A stretch of DNA of 63,844 bases, filler included, from Cercozoa sp. M6MM (GCA_040357565.1; 11 parts of 11 records of this genome joined end to end with filler, not necessarily neighbours in it); one strand, 5' to 3'. Shown: positions 41,243-53,446, numbered from the whole stretch's first letter. The notes: generated from the letters alone by a model not told the origin. Translations and numbers: made by a program.

Positions 41243-42155
41243 AATATATATATATACAAACATATATAGATATAGATTACACATGTATATACCTATATAT
41301 ATATATGCACATTACAAAGATAAACATAATTACATATCATTTATATATGTATAAATGTAGACACAGGCCAACGTAACCGTCATAACACACAGTGCAGTAC
41401 CTTAACGATACTGGCCAGTAGCCGCACCGCACACGCACGCAGCGACGGATCCGTGCCGCCCTAGAATAGGGGAGGGGTAAAAGGGGTAACTAGGGGGTGA
41501 GAAAAGCGGAGGGGTAGAAGGGGTTAAAGCGTGTACCGCATCCTTTAGCAGCGACGACACCAAGACGAAACTCTGCGCTTCGTTCGCTTTCAGGAACACT
41601 TTGGACGCCACGTACCTACGCTCCTTTAAGTATAAAGCAAAAGGCTGGTACAAACTGGACACAGGGAGAAACGCACACGAGACGGCGCAAGGCAGTGTCC
41701 TGACTTTGGAACAGTTTCGTCAGTCCGAAAAAGATGGCCTCGCTGTCCTGTACAGGACAATACTCGTTGTTCGCACTGTGGCTTTGCAGACAGTGTCTGG
41801 GGGAGAAGGGGTGTTTATACCTTCTGTTTGAAGGTGGCGCCATGCTGAGCCAGTACGATGAGCTGGCACAAGACTTCCTTGCATTGCGACACTTGCAGCG
41901 GCGTGCTAAACACATCAACATGCGCACAACGATCATTTGTTTCACTCTTCTCTTCTGCGAAAGCTTGTCTCACCTGTGGAAGGCCCGTGCGGCAAGAACG
42001 ACTGCGCCAACATCAAGCCCGTCGTACGGGTTGCGCAGCTCTTCTGTGTCCCCACACAACGCAAAACAGTTTTTGCAAACACGAATGATTGCACCTCAAC
42101 TGAACTGCAAAGATTGCCACGCACCATTCGAGTCTATCTCCTTCAACTTTCCCAT
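39180..42155 (-). CDS. COPG: Coatomer subunit gamma, 3'-partial
   Basis: MGKLKEIDSN|EELRNPYDGLDVGAVVLAARAFHS|TPL...|DSEAIFFGLTKLFQSQDTALRRLV|Y...SSLLKD; later AMTTLLALG and LADFVEDCEYPFLSVKVL. Confidence 0.93.
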
Positions 42156-42416
42156 CGTAACAATTGGTAGCTACACCTGGCGCAGGACACTTCCTCTAGA
42201 CTTGTCACTGACGTTTGCTGCCACCGGCTCATGAGCCGCCAGTAGCCACTTTCATTTTATCTTGTATTGATAGTTAGCAGTGCGCTCGATCGGCTGATCT
42301 GTTGTTGACACACGGTAGCACTGTCCAAATAGGTCACGCCGGCGTTTCACTGACCCTAGGGTGTATTTGATTGTTTCTTGTATTTGTGCAAAGACGAAAT
42401 CAAGTTATCTTGGCAG

Positions 42417-42976
42417 ATGGTGCAAGGTTCCTTCAAAAAAAACAGCAGCGCATCGCGCGTGCAACAAAAGCCGAAAACGCGAGTCAACAAGTGCGATCTC
42501 CGCAGATTGTGTATGCTGTGAGTTGTAAACACTCCTTTTAGATCGCACAAGAAGTCGCTCGTCAAGAAGAAGGGCAAGCGACGAAACCTTGACCTTGTAA
42601 CCGCACCAAAGTGCGATGCACTGAACTAAAGGTGTCACGTTTGGTTTGGTGCTGTAGGATCGCAAGTTGTCAGCCATGATCGACAGACAGAACGAGCAGG
42701 AGTTCGCAATGCGTGCCATGCAAGATGGCTACAAGAACTTCCGTGTGGTATTTTCCACTTTGGAAAAAAACTTTTTCTTTGCCGGTTGCCTTGTTGTGAT
42801 GCTGTGTGTCGGTGCTTTTGCAGACCAAAGTGAACACAAAGCAAGAAGTGAAACACAAGACGCGACGACAGCTGCTCGAGATTGCTGGAGACAAGCTTGC
42901 GAAAACAATGACGAAGAAACTGGACCGACGTGAAGTGGTACTTTCGCACTGTGTTCATTTAACACACACACGCACG

Positions 42977-43034
<58 letters not shown>

Positions 43035-43359
43035 CACACACACACACATACACATACACACACACACACACACCCATACACTAAAAGGATATACTCATGT
43101 TTCACGCAGCTTCGCCGGGAGCAACTTCAGCAGAGTATCGATGACACCGTTAAGCAGGCCGAGGAGGCCAAGAAGGAGCAGGAGCGACAAGAGATGGACC
43201 GACTGGTCGAGGCCGGTACTCCCATAACCAAAAGGCTCGTGCTTGTGGTTGTCTTGCATATCGCGGTGTGCCACAACAGGTCTGCTTCGGGCCGAAGATG
43301 ACGTTGTCGACAAGGCGTCGAATGACGCTGTCGATGACGGCGAGGACTCGGACTATTAG
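42417..43359 (+). CDS. DUF2462/UPF0390 (C19orf53-like) small basic protein with C-terminal extension
   Basis: MVQGSFKK...KKKGKRRNLDL|DRKLSAMIDRQNEQEFAMRA matches the family pattern MxQG...KKLxxxIxxxxE..xxxRA; six exons. Confidence 0.7.
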
Positions 43360-44087
43360 AACCCGCGGGGTTGCTTTCGTTGAGAGTCAATCGAACGGAA
43401 TTTTCAGTTGCCGTGAATCCGAATCGAATCACGCATACGATCAGTCAAAAATATCAGAATTACAGTAAACAATAATTTAACTAAACTGACCGCTGCACCT
43501 CGAGAACACCGAAGGGGTAATTTACGCTGATTACTCAAGATTTTAGTTGCTTTAAATGCACTGTGGACGGACAGAGAGCGTACTTAGTAGATTTACAGCC
43601 CTTTGGGCATGTTGAAATGCTCTAAGTTAGCACACACTTCGAGAAAACTATTTTTTGGTCCGTGGGCTTGAGTAATTTACGTGAGGTGAGTAATTTTGGA
43701 GCTATTTGAGTAATTTACGCAGCTGGGTCAGAATGCCAAACGAAAAATAGGAAAAATAAAGCCGGCTTTAAGCCCGGTTTTAGTGTTTTGGACAATCCAT
43801 TGGCACCATCTCTGCGTAGGGACCGTATACGTTAGCAGGTGAAGACCAAAGAAGCTCTCGCAGTGAGACCTGAGCACAACCTGGTCTGTGGTCGAGCTCA
43901 GCTCTTTCTTTGCATTAGAGCACTGAAGAATTCTGAGTCCGAAGGCTCGAACTTGACGGCAAAGCTCCACTGGCACGGCAGAGGCAGNNNNNNNNNNNNN
44001 NNNNNNNNNNNNNNNNNNNNNNNNNNNNNNNTTAATTAATTAANNNNNNNNNNNNNNNNNNNNNNNNNNNNNNNNNNNNNNNNNNNN

Positions 44088-44788
44088 CCCCCCCCCCGTG
44101 CTGCTTTTAGGTGGTGTCGTGGAGTGCCGATCACCGCGTGGTCGACGGTGCCACGTGCGCGCGTTTCTCCAACCGCATGAAGTCGCTTCTCGAGTCGCCG
44201 GCCACGATGCTGCTGCACCTGCAGTAATACTCGCTCGCCGGCAATTTTGCAGTTTCGTTATGGCATCGCATGTACTCTACGGTAGACGGAGTACCAGACC
44301 CTCCGTCTTCTAAGAACGTTGAAACTTGGCGACTAGAAGCCGTCAAACATGCGTCATTACTTAGGGGGGAGGGGCGGGTACGAGGTCGTTCACTGCACGT
44401 CCACGCAGAGCGCCTTGTGCGCACCTTTGGCGTCTCTAAAGGAGGCAGCGTTCGCTGGTGCCGTTTCCAGCGACTGCTGGCAAGTTCCACTGTTCCGAGC
44501 TGATGGAGTCGCTGGTATAGATCTTGCTTGCAGCCCTCTGGGTCTTCTCCACTCCGAGTCCTCACTCATGTGCCGCCGATACGCCAGTTCATCACTAGAG
44601 GGTGCCGTGCAGCTCGCCAGCCACCGCTGGAGCAGCGACGCCACGTGCTTGTGTCGGTGCGCAGCGACACCGACGAACAGGCAGGACAGTCGCTCTACGA
44701 CGCTGTACGCGCCTTGACGCATGCGAACCCCGTCATTAATATTGATTCGATACTGGCTGGACGTCGGCGCAAACTGCGCCATCTTTAA
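44088..44788 (+). CDS. Possible 3' end of a hypothetical gene
   Basis: Coding-like frame 44528-44788 ending RRKLRHL*; splicing unresolved. Confidence 0.3.
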
Positions 44789-45387
44789 GTAAATTACTAA
44801 GTAAGATTTACGGATTGTGGCGTATTGGGTCAGCGAAGGAGACGTCGATCCGGGCAACTAGTGATAAATACGCTTTGTTTCATACGCTTTTGGTTTTACA
44901 ATGACTGCATCTGTACGATCTGCAGCTCAAGCTGACAGCTCAGGAGTACCCATCGGAACCTATTTCGCGAGTGTAGCTGCACGTTCGCATTCCGTCACCG
45001 GCTTCCCCATCAAAGCGTCGAGGTAGCGTTTTGGCACTGAGCACGCGACAAATGAACAAATTTGATTTACCTTCCGGGAATGGCAGTCGTAGGCGTTGCG
45101 CGCGGGGATTCCAATCCCGTGTTCGGTTGTTTTTCATGCAGACACATGGGAACCGTTTATCCAGTTCAAGCTAGCCGTTGCACCCCTAACAATTTTGTTT
45201 TGTCGAAAGCCAGCCACAGCCGTCGCGGGAGATGATGCCAGATTGTATACGATACAGTGACAAAGACCGGACGTGGGTCAACGTTCGCCCCACCTTCGCC
45301 TCCTGCGCGTGAAGCGCGCTCATGTGGAGGCCAAGCTGTACGACGCTGACCGAACTAACTAAAACGAAACGTAAATCTACGTACAAC

Positions 45388-45742
45388 CGGGAATCCTACC
45401 GTATCGTCGGGTAAAATAGTGAGCCCATAAAACTGAGCCAACAAGCAGATATGATGTTGATCAGTATAGAAAGATAGCACGTTTCACTGATCCCCAGTAT
45501 GTGCTCTATAAATACACTAGCCGTGTGCGGAGCATCATTAGCGATCGGGGCGCGTCGAGTGAAAATCGGGTAAATTGGTTGAAAAAAACATGAGAATTTG
45601 ACAAACTAGCGTCCAGTAGTTCAGTGATGCCTAGACAACCACTACACATGTCCAGGCTCTACTAAAGGTAACAATAGCTTGCTTCGCGACAGGTTTTTTC
45701 ATGGGCTCACTATTTTTACCCGACGATAGGGGAGGATTCCCG
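45388..45742. mobile_element. MITE-like non-autonomous element with ~45-bp imperfect terminal inverted repeats
   Basis: Left end cgggaatcctaccgtatcgtcgggtaaaatagtgagcccataaaa; reverse complement of right end cgggaatcctcccctatcgtcgggtaaaaatagtgagcccatgaaaa; non-coding interior. Confidence 0.8.
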
Positions 45743-45806
45743 CATTTTCGTTTAGGCGGAGTAAAGTGAAAACAAGAAAATACAGTTTGATTACTTGACG
45801 TTAGTT

Positions 45807-46284
45807 ACCAGGTGGAGAGACGGGAAGACGACGGGACGACCCGACGCCGCCTGCGACGCCTCTCTACTCGCAGCCCGCTATGCACCAACCATGAAGTCCA
45901 AAGGGTAGTTGTATAGTCCTACCCACCCCGGACTGGTGCCTAAGCGGGCGGTGCACACGGCCATGCTCTTGTGACCCACCCCGGACTGGTGCAGGGAAAC
46001 TTGTAACTGACGGTTGTCAGTGAAAAGAACCCAACTGGGTTCTTACGTCAATCGTGAGAAGATTAAAAAACCCCTTCTCTCAGCTGATGCCAAGTAGATG
46101 AGGTTTTCTCTTATGCCAACTGGCAGGCTCAATCGCAGAGCCACAAACTCTTAACTCTTCTTTCTCTTTTACTTCAATGATGGGAGACCAACTGGTCTGT
46201 CTGGGTTTATCCCCGCGGAGACTGCATATTCTGAGTCAGTCTGTAACAAACTACACAGTTGGTTTCCTAGAAGACTCAACTAAC
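45807..46284 (+). mobile_element. SINE-like/5'-truncated non-LTR retroposon with 15-bp TSD and (AACT)n tail, interrupted by a solo LTR
   Basis: Perfect direct repeat TACTTGACGTTAGTT at 45792-45806 and 46285-46299; 3' end ...gactcAACTAAC; homologous copy at 25.9 kb. Confidence 0.75.
46002..46248. mobile_element. Solo LTR (247 bp, TG...CA) with 4-bp TSD AACT
   Basis: Begins TGTAAC and ends GTAACA; AACT at 45998-46001 and 46249-46252; the related copy at 25.9 kb has a single AACT and no insert. Confidence 0.75.
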
Positions 46285-46515
46285 TACTTGACGTTAGTTC
46301 AGTAAACTCAACATCCACTGTCCGTCACGTCAGCACAGCACCGCGTCGCGTCGTTCAGTTGAATTGATTGGCGTGGGTCATGATCGGACATCACTAAAAA
46401 CGAATCTTCCCGGGCTGCGCCGACACGCGTTCGGCATAGGGCCGTCGTCGTGTCCTGCACAAGAGGAAGGGACATGCATCAACTCGCTCTCGAGGCAACT
46501 GAGTCGGGGACATAG

Positions 46516-47040
46516 TTACGCGTGCTTGCTGCGTGGCTTGCGCGGCACAGCGGCGCGGGTGATGCGCCCGGCGCGACGACGGAAAGCAAGGGCTGTATTG
46601 CTCGCCACCGCCGACAGTACTCGCTCCGGTGACAGTTTTCTTTGTAGCAAGCATAAAGGGGGGTAGAGATAGAAGAAAGAGATAACGGGGCAGAGGGAGC
46701 AGAGTACTTGAAATTCATGGTCTCCTTGTATTTGCGTATTTCGTCGCGTGGCACAACAAGCGGTTTCTTCAGTCGCTGCGAAGCAACATGCACATAGCGA
46801 TATTTCCAACATGCAGTTGTGTGTCTATGTGTACCTCCTTGCCAGCAGCCACTGCATTCGGAAAGATCTCCGACCAATTCCTCTGCTCCCAAGGATACAT
46901 ACGTGGGTAGGGTAGGTAGGGACAAGAACTAGAGGGAAGACTCTACCTGCAGCAGTTTTAAGTCGACCTCGCCAAAGATCGGATCTGGATCGACGCGCAA
47001 TTGACGCCGCCGCGCGCGTGGCAGCTCCTTCGGGCCCACC

Positions 47041-47091
<51 letters not shown>

Positions 47092-47101
47092 NNNNNNNNN
47101 N

Positions 47102-47150
<49 letters not shown>

Positions 47151-47276
47151 ATGTATCCATACGTATGAACACAAATATAAAACGGGTCGTACCGCGGCAG
47201 CTTTCGCTTCTCCTTTGGTCGGACGTCTTCCTTTTGCTCTTCCTCATCCTCACTTTCGCCGTCGTCGGACGGGGGT
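46516..47276 (-). CDS. INCENP: INCENP C-terminus (IN-box, Aurora-kinase binding), 5'-partial
   Basis: PSDDGESEDEEE...KRKLPR|WVGPKELPRARRRQLRVDPDPIFGEVDLKLLQ|RNWSEIFP...|..PRDEIRKYKETMNF fits the IN-box pattern (acidic-K.iP.WA-Q...DP..IFG-L.eIF...E...Y...MgF). Confidence 0.75.
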
Positions 47277-47284
47277 CTGTCTCA

Positions 47285-47334
<50 letters not shown>

Positions 47335-47448
47335 NNNNNNNNNNNNNNNNNNNNNNNNNNNNNNNNNNNNNNNNNNNNTTAATTAATTAANNNNNNNNNN
47401 NNNNNNNNNNNNNNNNNNNNNNNNNNNNNNNNNNCCCCCCCCCCCCAG

Positions 47449-48580
47449 AACTGCGCAGGGAGGCGCAGCAGCTGCGGCAGCAACGAGCGGCGCTGTGTTA
47501 CAGCAGCAGCGAGGACGAGAGGGACGCCGAGGCCTTCCTGAGCGTGCGTGCCAAGCTGGAACTTTTGGGCGATCGGTTCCGCCAGGTGCGCAACCTGCCG
47601 CTGCACATGCTGCCCTTCTGCGTCAAGGGTCGCCTGGTACAACTGGACGCACGACGTGTCTCACCCGCTGACTCGCAGGCTCTTGAGGTACCCTTTGCTG
47701 TTTGTATGTCTACATTTGTCTCTATATATATGTATCTATAGATATAGATATATGTTTATATATGTAGATATATATATATATATATATATGTGTATATATA
47801 TAACACTCTATACTGAGATACATATCTATACACCCATACTCCATCACCATATCGCCATGTACCTACCTCTGTACCTCTATCCCTATATACCTCCATTGTG
47901 TATCTATATATATATATATATATATATCGATATAGCTATATCTGGTAACCCATACCTTTGAGAAGGACACGAGTCCATGTGTACCGTAAAATGTACATAC
48001 GTGGCTACACACAGTGGGACTGGGGCGTACTGCTCGGCTTTGACAAACGGCCCGAGCTGCGACGCGGACGTTCCGACGCGGCGGCACTGCGCGCGCAGGA
48101 CTACCGTCTCGAGGTTCTGGTGTACGGTACTCCTGTAGCCAGTTCGGACAGCGGTCGGGGGCGTGTGGACGCGGCGTCCATTCGACCGGTCCAAGTGGAC
48201 GGCGACACGGGCAGTGTAGCCACCTGGCATGTGGCCACGACCTCGCTGGACTGTCTGCGCGAGGTGTCCTCTGTCATCGTCAAGACGCCGGCGCAGACGC
48301 GCGTGCTGCGCGAGGCGCCCCGCAGGGCGTACGTGCTTACCCCCCCCCCCTGTCACCCCTCCCCTTGTACCCTACCCATTTGCCACGTGGTTTACAGAGC
48401 GCTGGGCGACGTGGTGCGGCAGGTGAAGCGGCGCTTCAAGGGCACGCCGCCACTGCTGGACCCGATCGGCGACATGGGCATTCGCGAGCCCTCCTTCGCC
48501 GCCGTGGTGCGCAAGATCGAGAAACTCGAGCACAAGCTGTCGCGCATGCCGCTGGCACAGGTTTGCCCCCCCCCCCCCCC

Positions 48581-48626
<46 letters not shown>

Positions 48627-49785
48627 CACACACACAGTACTCGTTGACACCCGCACTGTACTCGCGTAGCCCGAGGCGGCGGAGCGACTGCAGCGCGTGC
48701 TGCCGATCGCGCAAGAGCGACTGGCGCTGTCGCAGCGCATCAAGGACACCGAGAGACGTGCCGAGGCACTGTCGCGCAATCGCGATGTGCTGTCCAACCT
48801 GCGCAACATGAAGGTTTTACCCCCACCCCCTCCCTACCCTACCCTACCCTATCCCTACCCCTACCTCTAGCCCTATCCCTACCCCTACCCTATCCCTCCC
48901 CCTCTCCCCACCCTATCCCTATCCCTACCCCTACCCCCCCCCCCCTATCCCTATCCCTACCCTACCCCTATTCCTACCCTCCCCCTATCCCTACCTACCC
49001 TACCCCTACCCCTACCCTATCCCTACCTACCCCTACCTATCCCTACCTACCCCTACCCCTTGCGTTCTTGACCCCTATCCCTTACCCTCCAGCGCGTGCT
49101 GCGTCGTCTGGGCCTGGTGAACGAGGACAACGTGGTCGATGTGAAAGGCCGCGTGGCTTGCTCGATCTCGACGGCCGACGAACTCGTGAGTACCGAGCTG
49201 CTGTTCGGCGGCGCTTTCAACTCGCTCGATGCTGCGCAGGTCGCTGCCTTGGTAGACCCGCTCTCTACCCCTACCCTCTCTACTTCTTGCCCTCTACCAT
49301 CTACCCCTTACCCATACCCCTTGCCCTATATCCCTTACCCTACTTACCTCTACCCCTACCCCCCCCCCCAGTGCTCGTGCCTGGTGTGCACGGAAGGCAA
49401 GGCAGAAGAGGGCCCGCCGCGTCTGTCGGAGCACCTGGCGGCGCCGTACCGCGTGCTGCGCGAGACGCTGCGCCGCGTGGCCAAGGTGTGCGCCGAGTCG
49501 GGCCTCGAACTCGACGAGAAGGAGTTCGTGGAGCGCTTCAAGCCGCAGCTCATGGAGGTCGTGGCCGCCTGGTGCACTGGCGCCAAGTTCGCCGACATCA
49601 TGCGACTCACCGAGGGCGCCTTCGAGGGCTCCGTCATCCGCTCGATGCGCCGCCTGGAGGAACTCCTGGCGCAGTTCGTCGAGGCCGCCGGCAATGTCGG
49701 CAACCAACCGCTAGCCGACAAGTTCGCCGACGCCATCAAGCTCATCAAGCGCGACATCGTCTTTGCCGGCTCGCTGTACCTCTAG
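47449..49785 (+). CDS. MTR4: Exosome RNA helicase MTR4, C-terminal part (arch/KOW + DSHCT)
   Basis: LPFCVKGRLV; WDWGVLL; PLLDPIGDMGI; RVLRRLG..VKGRVACSISTADELV; FEGSVIRSMRRLEELL...IKRDIVFAGSLYL*. Confidence 0.95.
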
Positions 49786-49940
49786 TGTCTGTACCTCTAG
49801 TGTCTGCCCTTCGCCTGCCTCATCCGTGTCGCAAACTTAAGCTACACACCGTGGCGCAGCAACACATCTAAATTCGGCATGCGTGTGCCACAACTGAACG
49901 GAAAAAATCGAAGAGGAACAAGCTTCGATTGGTTTAATTA

Positions 49941-51929
49941 TTATGCCGATTCCGTCGCGGACAACACGCGGAACACGCCTTGCAACCACACGCGGCGCAT
50001 CGTTTTTTGCTCGCGGCGATTGCGAATTTCCTATGAGCAACGCAATGGTTGAGCACAAGTCAAACTCACAAAAAAAAAAACTACCTTGCGGTAATAGACG
50101 CATTGTTCGCACTCAAAGCCAGCGCGCTCAAACAACGAGCGCAGTTCGTCGGCTTGGAAAAAGTAGCTCCTGTACAGACAGGCGTACGACTTGCATCGAA
50201 CAAAATTGCGGACAAAAACACAAAAATCAAGCAATACCTGGTGTCATCATTCCTCACGTAGTAGTTTTCTGCTAACTGAATAAACACAGGGAAAATACAG
50301 TGCATACTCTCTCTGGCAAGAACTGAATATACGCGCGAAGTTTCGGGACGAAAACGCAGCTGCGCCATGTCGCAACGTGCATAATCTACAGTGTCTCAAG
50401 TATAGTTGATTCGACAATACGTTGGTGTCTTTGGGAAAGTACCTCGGAACAAAACGACACCGCCAGGTCTCAATGCCGATTTCTAAAAGGGCAAAATAAT
50501 ACAAAAAAGAGTCGCACAAGTGAGAGAAGAGTCGAGAGTAAACACCACTCGGCGCAGCACGTCGATTTGTTTGTCAGGAGCAACGGCACTCAGCACAAAC
50601 AACAGCAGAGCACCTGGGTATCAGAACATAAGGTGACAGCAAAACTGGGAAACGGAGGGCAAAGATACAGTGCGACTGGAACTCGACAACAGGCAAGGGC
50701 AAGTCATGCGAAGCGACGTCGCACTGCCAGGCACGCAGTCGTAAGTGCTTCCTGTCGGAACCGCCTTCAGTAGGACTGACAGTGTCTTCGCTCTCATTAT
50801 GGACAGTCTCGTTGTCTGGCCTGGCACCTTGTCGCTTTCGTCTCTTCTTGTTGGCATCTATGTGCACACGTGTAAGCATGCTATGCACATATCGAGCAAA
50901 GCGTACTAAACAGAAGGGTCGCACTGTCGTTCTCGCCGTAGTCATACGTCTTGTTGTCCTCGATTTCGCTGCTGGCACAGTGAGGTGACTGAAACGCACA
51001 ATGACACAACGACATACCAAGCGGCTTGACGGACTTGCATCACTGCACGCGGCGACAAGTCGCTGTGCAGGCGGATAAACAGGCAATTCAACGCGACACT
51101 ACACAGGCAAGGAAACGCACACTGCAACAGCATCGACTGTTGGCGACTGACGCAAAAGCGGCAGAATCTGCGCAGAATTTACCATGTACTACATGTATTC
51201 GCACACACACACATATATATATAATATACATAATACATCTACATACATCTATACACACACACATACACACACATATATATACATATCTATATAACATAAT
51301 ACATCTACATACATCTATATACACACATCTACGTATATACATACACATCTATACATATACATTACATTCCGTCATATACATATATACATATATATAATAT
51401 CATAAGCATGAGTACGGAATTGCCAACTCCGCATCCGATCGCCGCAATCCTCAATCGATCACTTTCTGTGAGTGAAATACAAGAATCAAAAACAACAGCA
51501 GAGCAAACAAAGCGCACCTTCCAGCAGCTGCTGCAGCACGGGAAACTCGGCGCACAAGTAGTGCCGGTCCTTGTAAAACCGCGTGCCGTTGCGCAAGTAG
51601 AATCTGCAGAATACAAGAACACAACTGACAAGGTGCGAAAGCACTGCGCTGAGCTTACTTGTCCCAGGCACGACGAGCGTTTTGTTCCAGCCACTCGCGG
51701 CGCTCTTGCGGCAGTTCCGTGCCCTAAAAGCGATCAAGTTTCCTCATTTTAGGGCACATTGTATCACCAACACTACCTTGCGTTCTTCCAGTGTTGACTC
51801 AATTTCATTGAGTTCCGTTTCTTCGCAAGGGACTTCGGCCAACACAGGCGCCGACACCGGATCTATTGATCAAGATATCGAGTCACTCCCCTAATTATAT
51901 CGCGCCTTACAAACACTAGGATCAGCCAT
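49941..51929 (-). CDS. tRNA N3-methylcytidine methyltransferase (METTL2/6, Trm140 family)
   Basis: AWDK|FYLRNGTRFYKDRHYL; IGCGVGNS|ILPLL; VDLSPRAV; LRPGGVVLFR|DYARCDMAQLRF; NYYVRNDDTR|SYFF; MRRVWLQGVF. Confidence 0.92.
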
Positions 51930-52084
51930 CTGGCGTAAGCACTGTTGGGCACACGTCCGCAGTCTTAAAATGTCACTGTAGATCCAAGTGTTTTTTCGCG
52001 GTACAAAAAAGTACAGCACTGTACTTCACAGTGTGCAGCGTCTCCAGCCTCATACTGTTCTGTGTTGCTTTTGTTGCACCTGAC

Positions 52085-52926
52085 ATGCAAATTTTGCTGC
52101 TTATTGCTACGATTCTGGCCCTGCTGGGCCTTGTTTCGGCCGCTAAACCGACTCCTGGTGTGTCGTCATTTCCTTTTTGCTCGCGTTGCAGTGTTTGGTG
52201 TTCACTTTGGTGTGTTTTGTGAGACAGAAGAGGGCGTGCAGTTCCAGGAAGCGTTCGCGCAGGAGGAAGGTACCTTTGTGTTGACTGTGTAAACTTGCAG
52301 TGTGCAACCAGGAGAGGTTTGCTCTGTGCGTGTAGGTGTGGTGAAGACCGCGTCGGGTCTGCTGTACAAGGTGCTGGAGAAGTCGAGCCAGGAGGGCGCC
52401 AAGCGTCCCACCAAGCACTCGCAGGTGCAGGTGCACTACAAGGGCACGCTCATCGATGGCTCCGAGTTCGACTCGTCGTACAAGCGCGGTCAGCCGGCCA
52501 CGTTCCCGCTGAGCGGTGTGATTGCTGGCTGGACTGAAGGTGTGCAGCTCATGCATGGTAGTTTTCTTTCATTCTGTCGTTCTGTTCCGTCTGTTCTTCT
52601 GACTGTACTCTGGGTGGTGTGTCGCACACAGAGGGCGACAAGTTCCAGTTCGTCATCAAGCCCGACCTGGCGTACGGCGAGCGGTACTTTTACTCTGAGC
52701 ACATTACATTGTACATGTGGTAGTATGTTGGGTGGTAATGCCCATGTGTTCTGTAGTGCCATGGGCAGCATTCTCCCGGCCTCGTCGACGCTGGTCTTTG
52801 AGGTTGAGCTGCTCCAGGTACAGACACAACGTCTCCCCCTCCCCCAGCATTGCGCCGCATGTGTTTTGTGCATCGCAGGTGCAGAGCAAGTGGGCCAAGG
52901 ACGAGGAGGCCAAGGAAGAGCTTTAG
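52085..52926 (+). CDS. Mip/FklB-type FKBP peptidyl-prolyl isomerase with signal peptide and C-terminal KEEL
   Basis: [19 protein letters not shown]; [14 protein letters not shown]; [43 protein letters not shown]; LAYGER; [10 protein letters not shown]; AKEEL*. Confidence 0.95.
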
Positions 52927-53446
52927 AGATCTCGACCTCTACGGCAAAGTCTGAATGACCCCGCGCTAGAATGTTTTGAGTCCGGGTGCCCTCCGTTGGG
53001 GGTGTGCGCCCGTTGTGAAGCACAGATAATAGATCTAAACCCGACTGTAGGTAGAGCCGAGTTTGTGCCTCAGGAGAGACCTGTCCATTATCAGGCTGCC
53101 ATTTAATCACAGTCCGGGTCGAGTACGTACCGTACACTCGACGGTACTGTAGTAAAATACGTACAGCACAGTGATTCCGTTCAATAATTAAAATAAACAC
53201 AGCGTGGACCGACACGAGTAAACTGTACGCGATTGTAAGTTTACAATCATACGATAGTACAGTAGAAATTTAATCCAGTCAGTCACTTAACTTTCACTGC
53301 AACTATGCTTGGCGTGCAGTGGGGTCTACTGTCAGTCCGACAAAGGTCAGGCAAGGGAAGAGCAAAAAAGCGCGACCTTGTAACTTACTTGTTCCGTCCT
53401 ATTTGATTAGGCATCTATTGCAAAAGCAGACACGAGTGATTCTGAA

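Noticed and set aside
49774-49806. 15-bp tandem duplication of the MTR4 stop region
   Set aside because: Real but neutral; the first stop is intact.
52975-53115. Possible H/ACA-like RNA after FKBP (GC hairpin, AGATAA, later ACA)
   Set aside because: The second hairpin is unconvincing and it may simply be 3' UTR; it would need an Infernal search.
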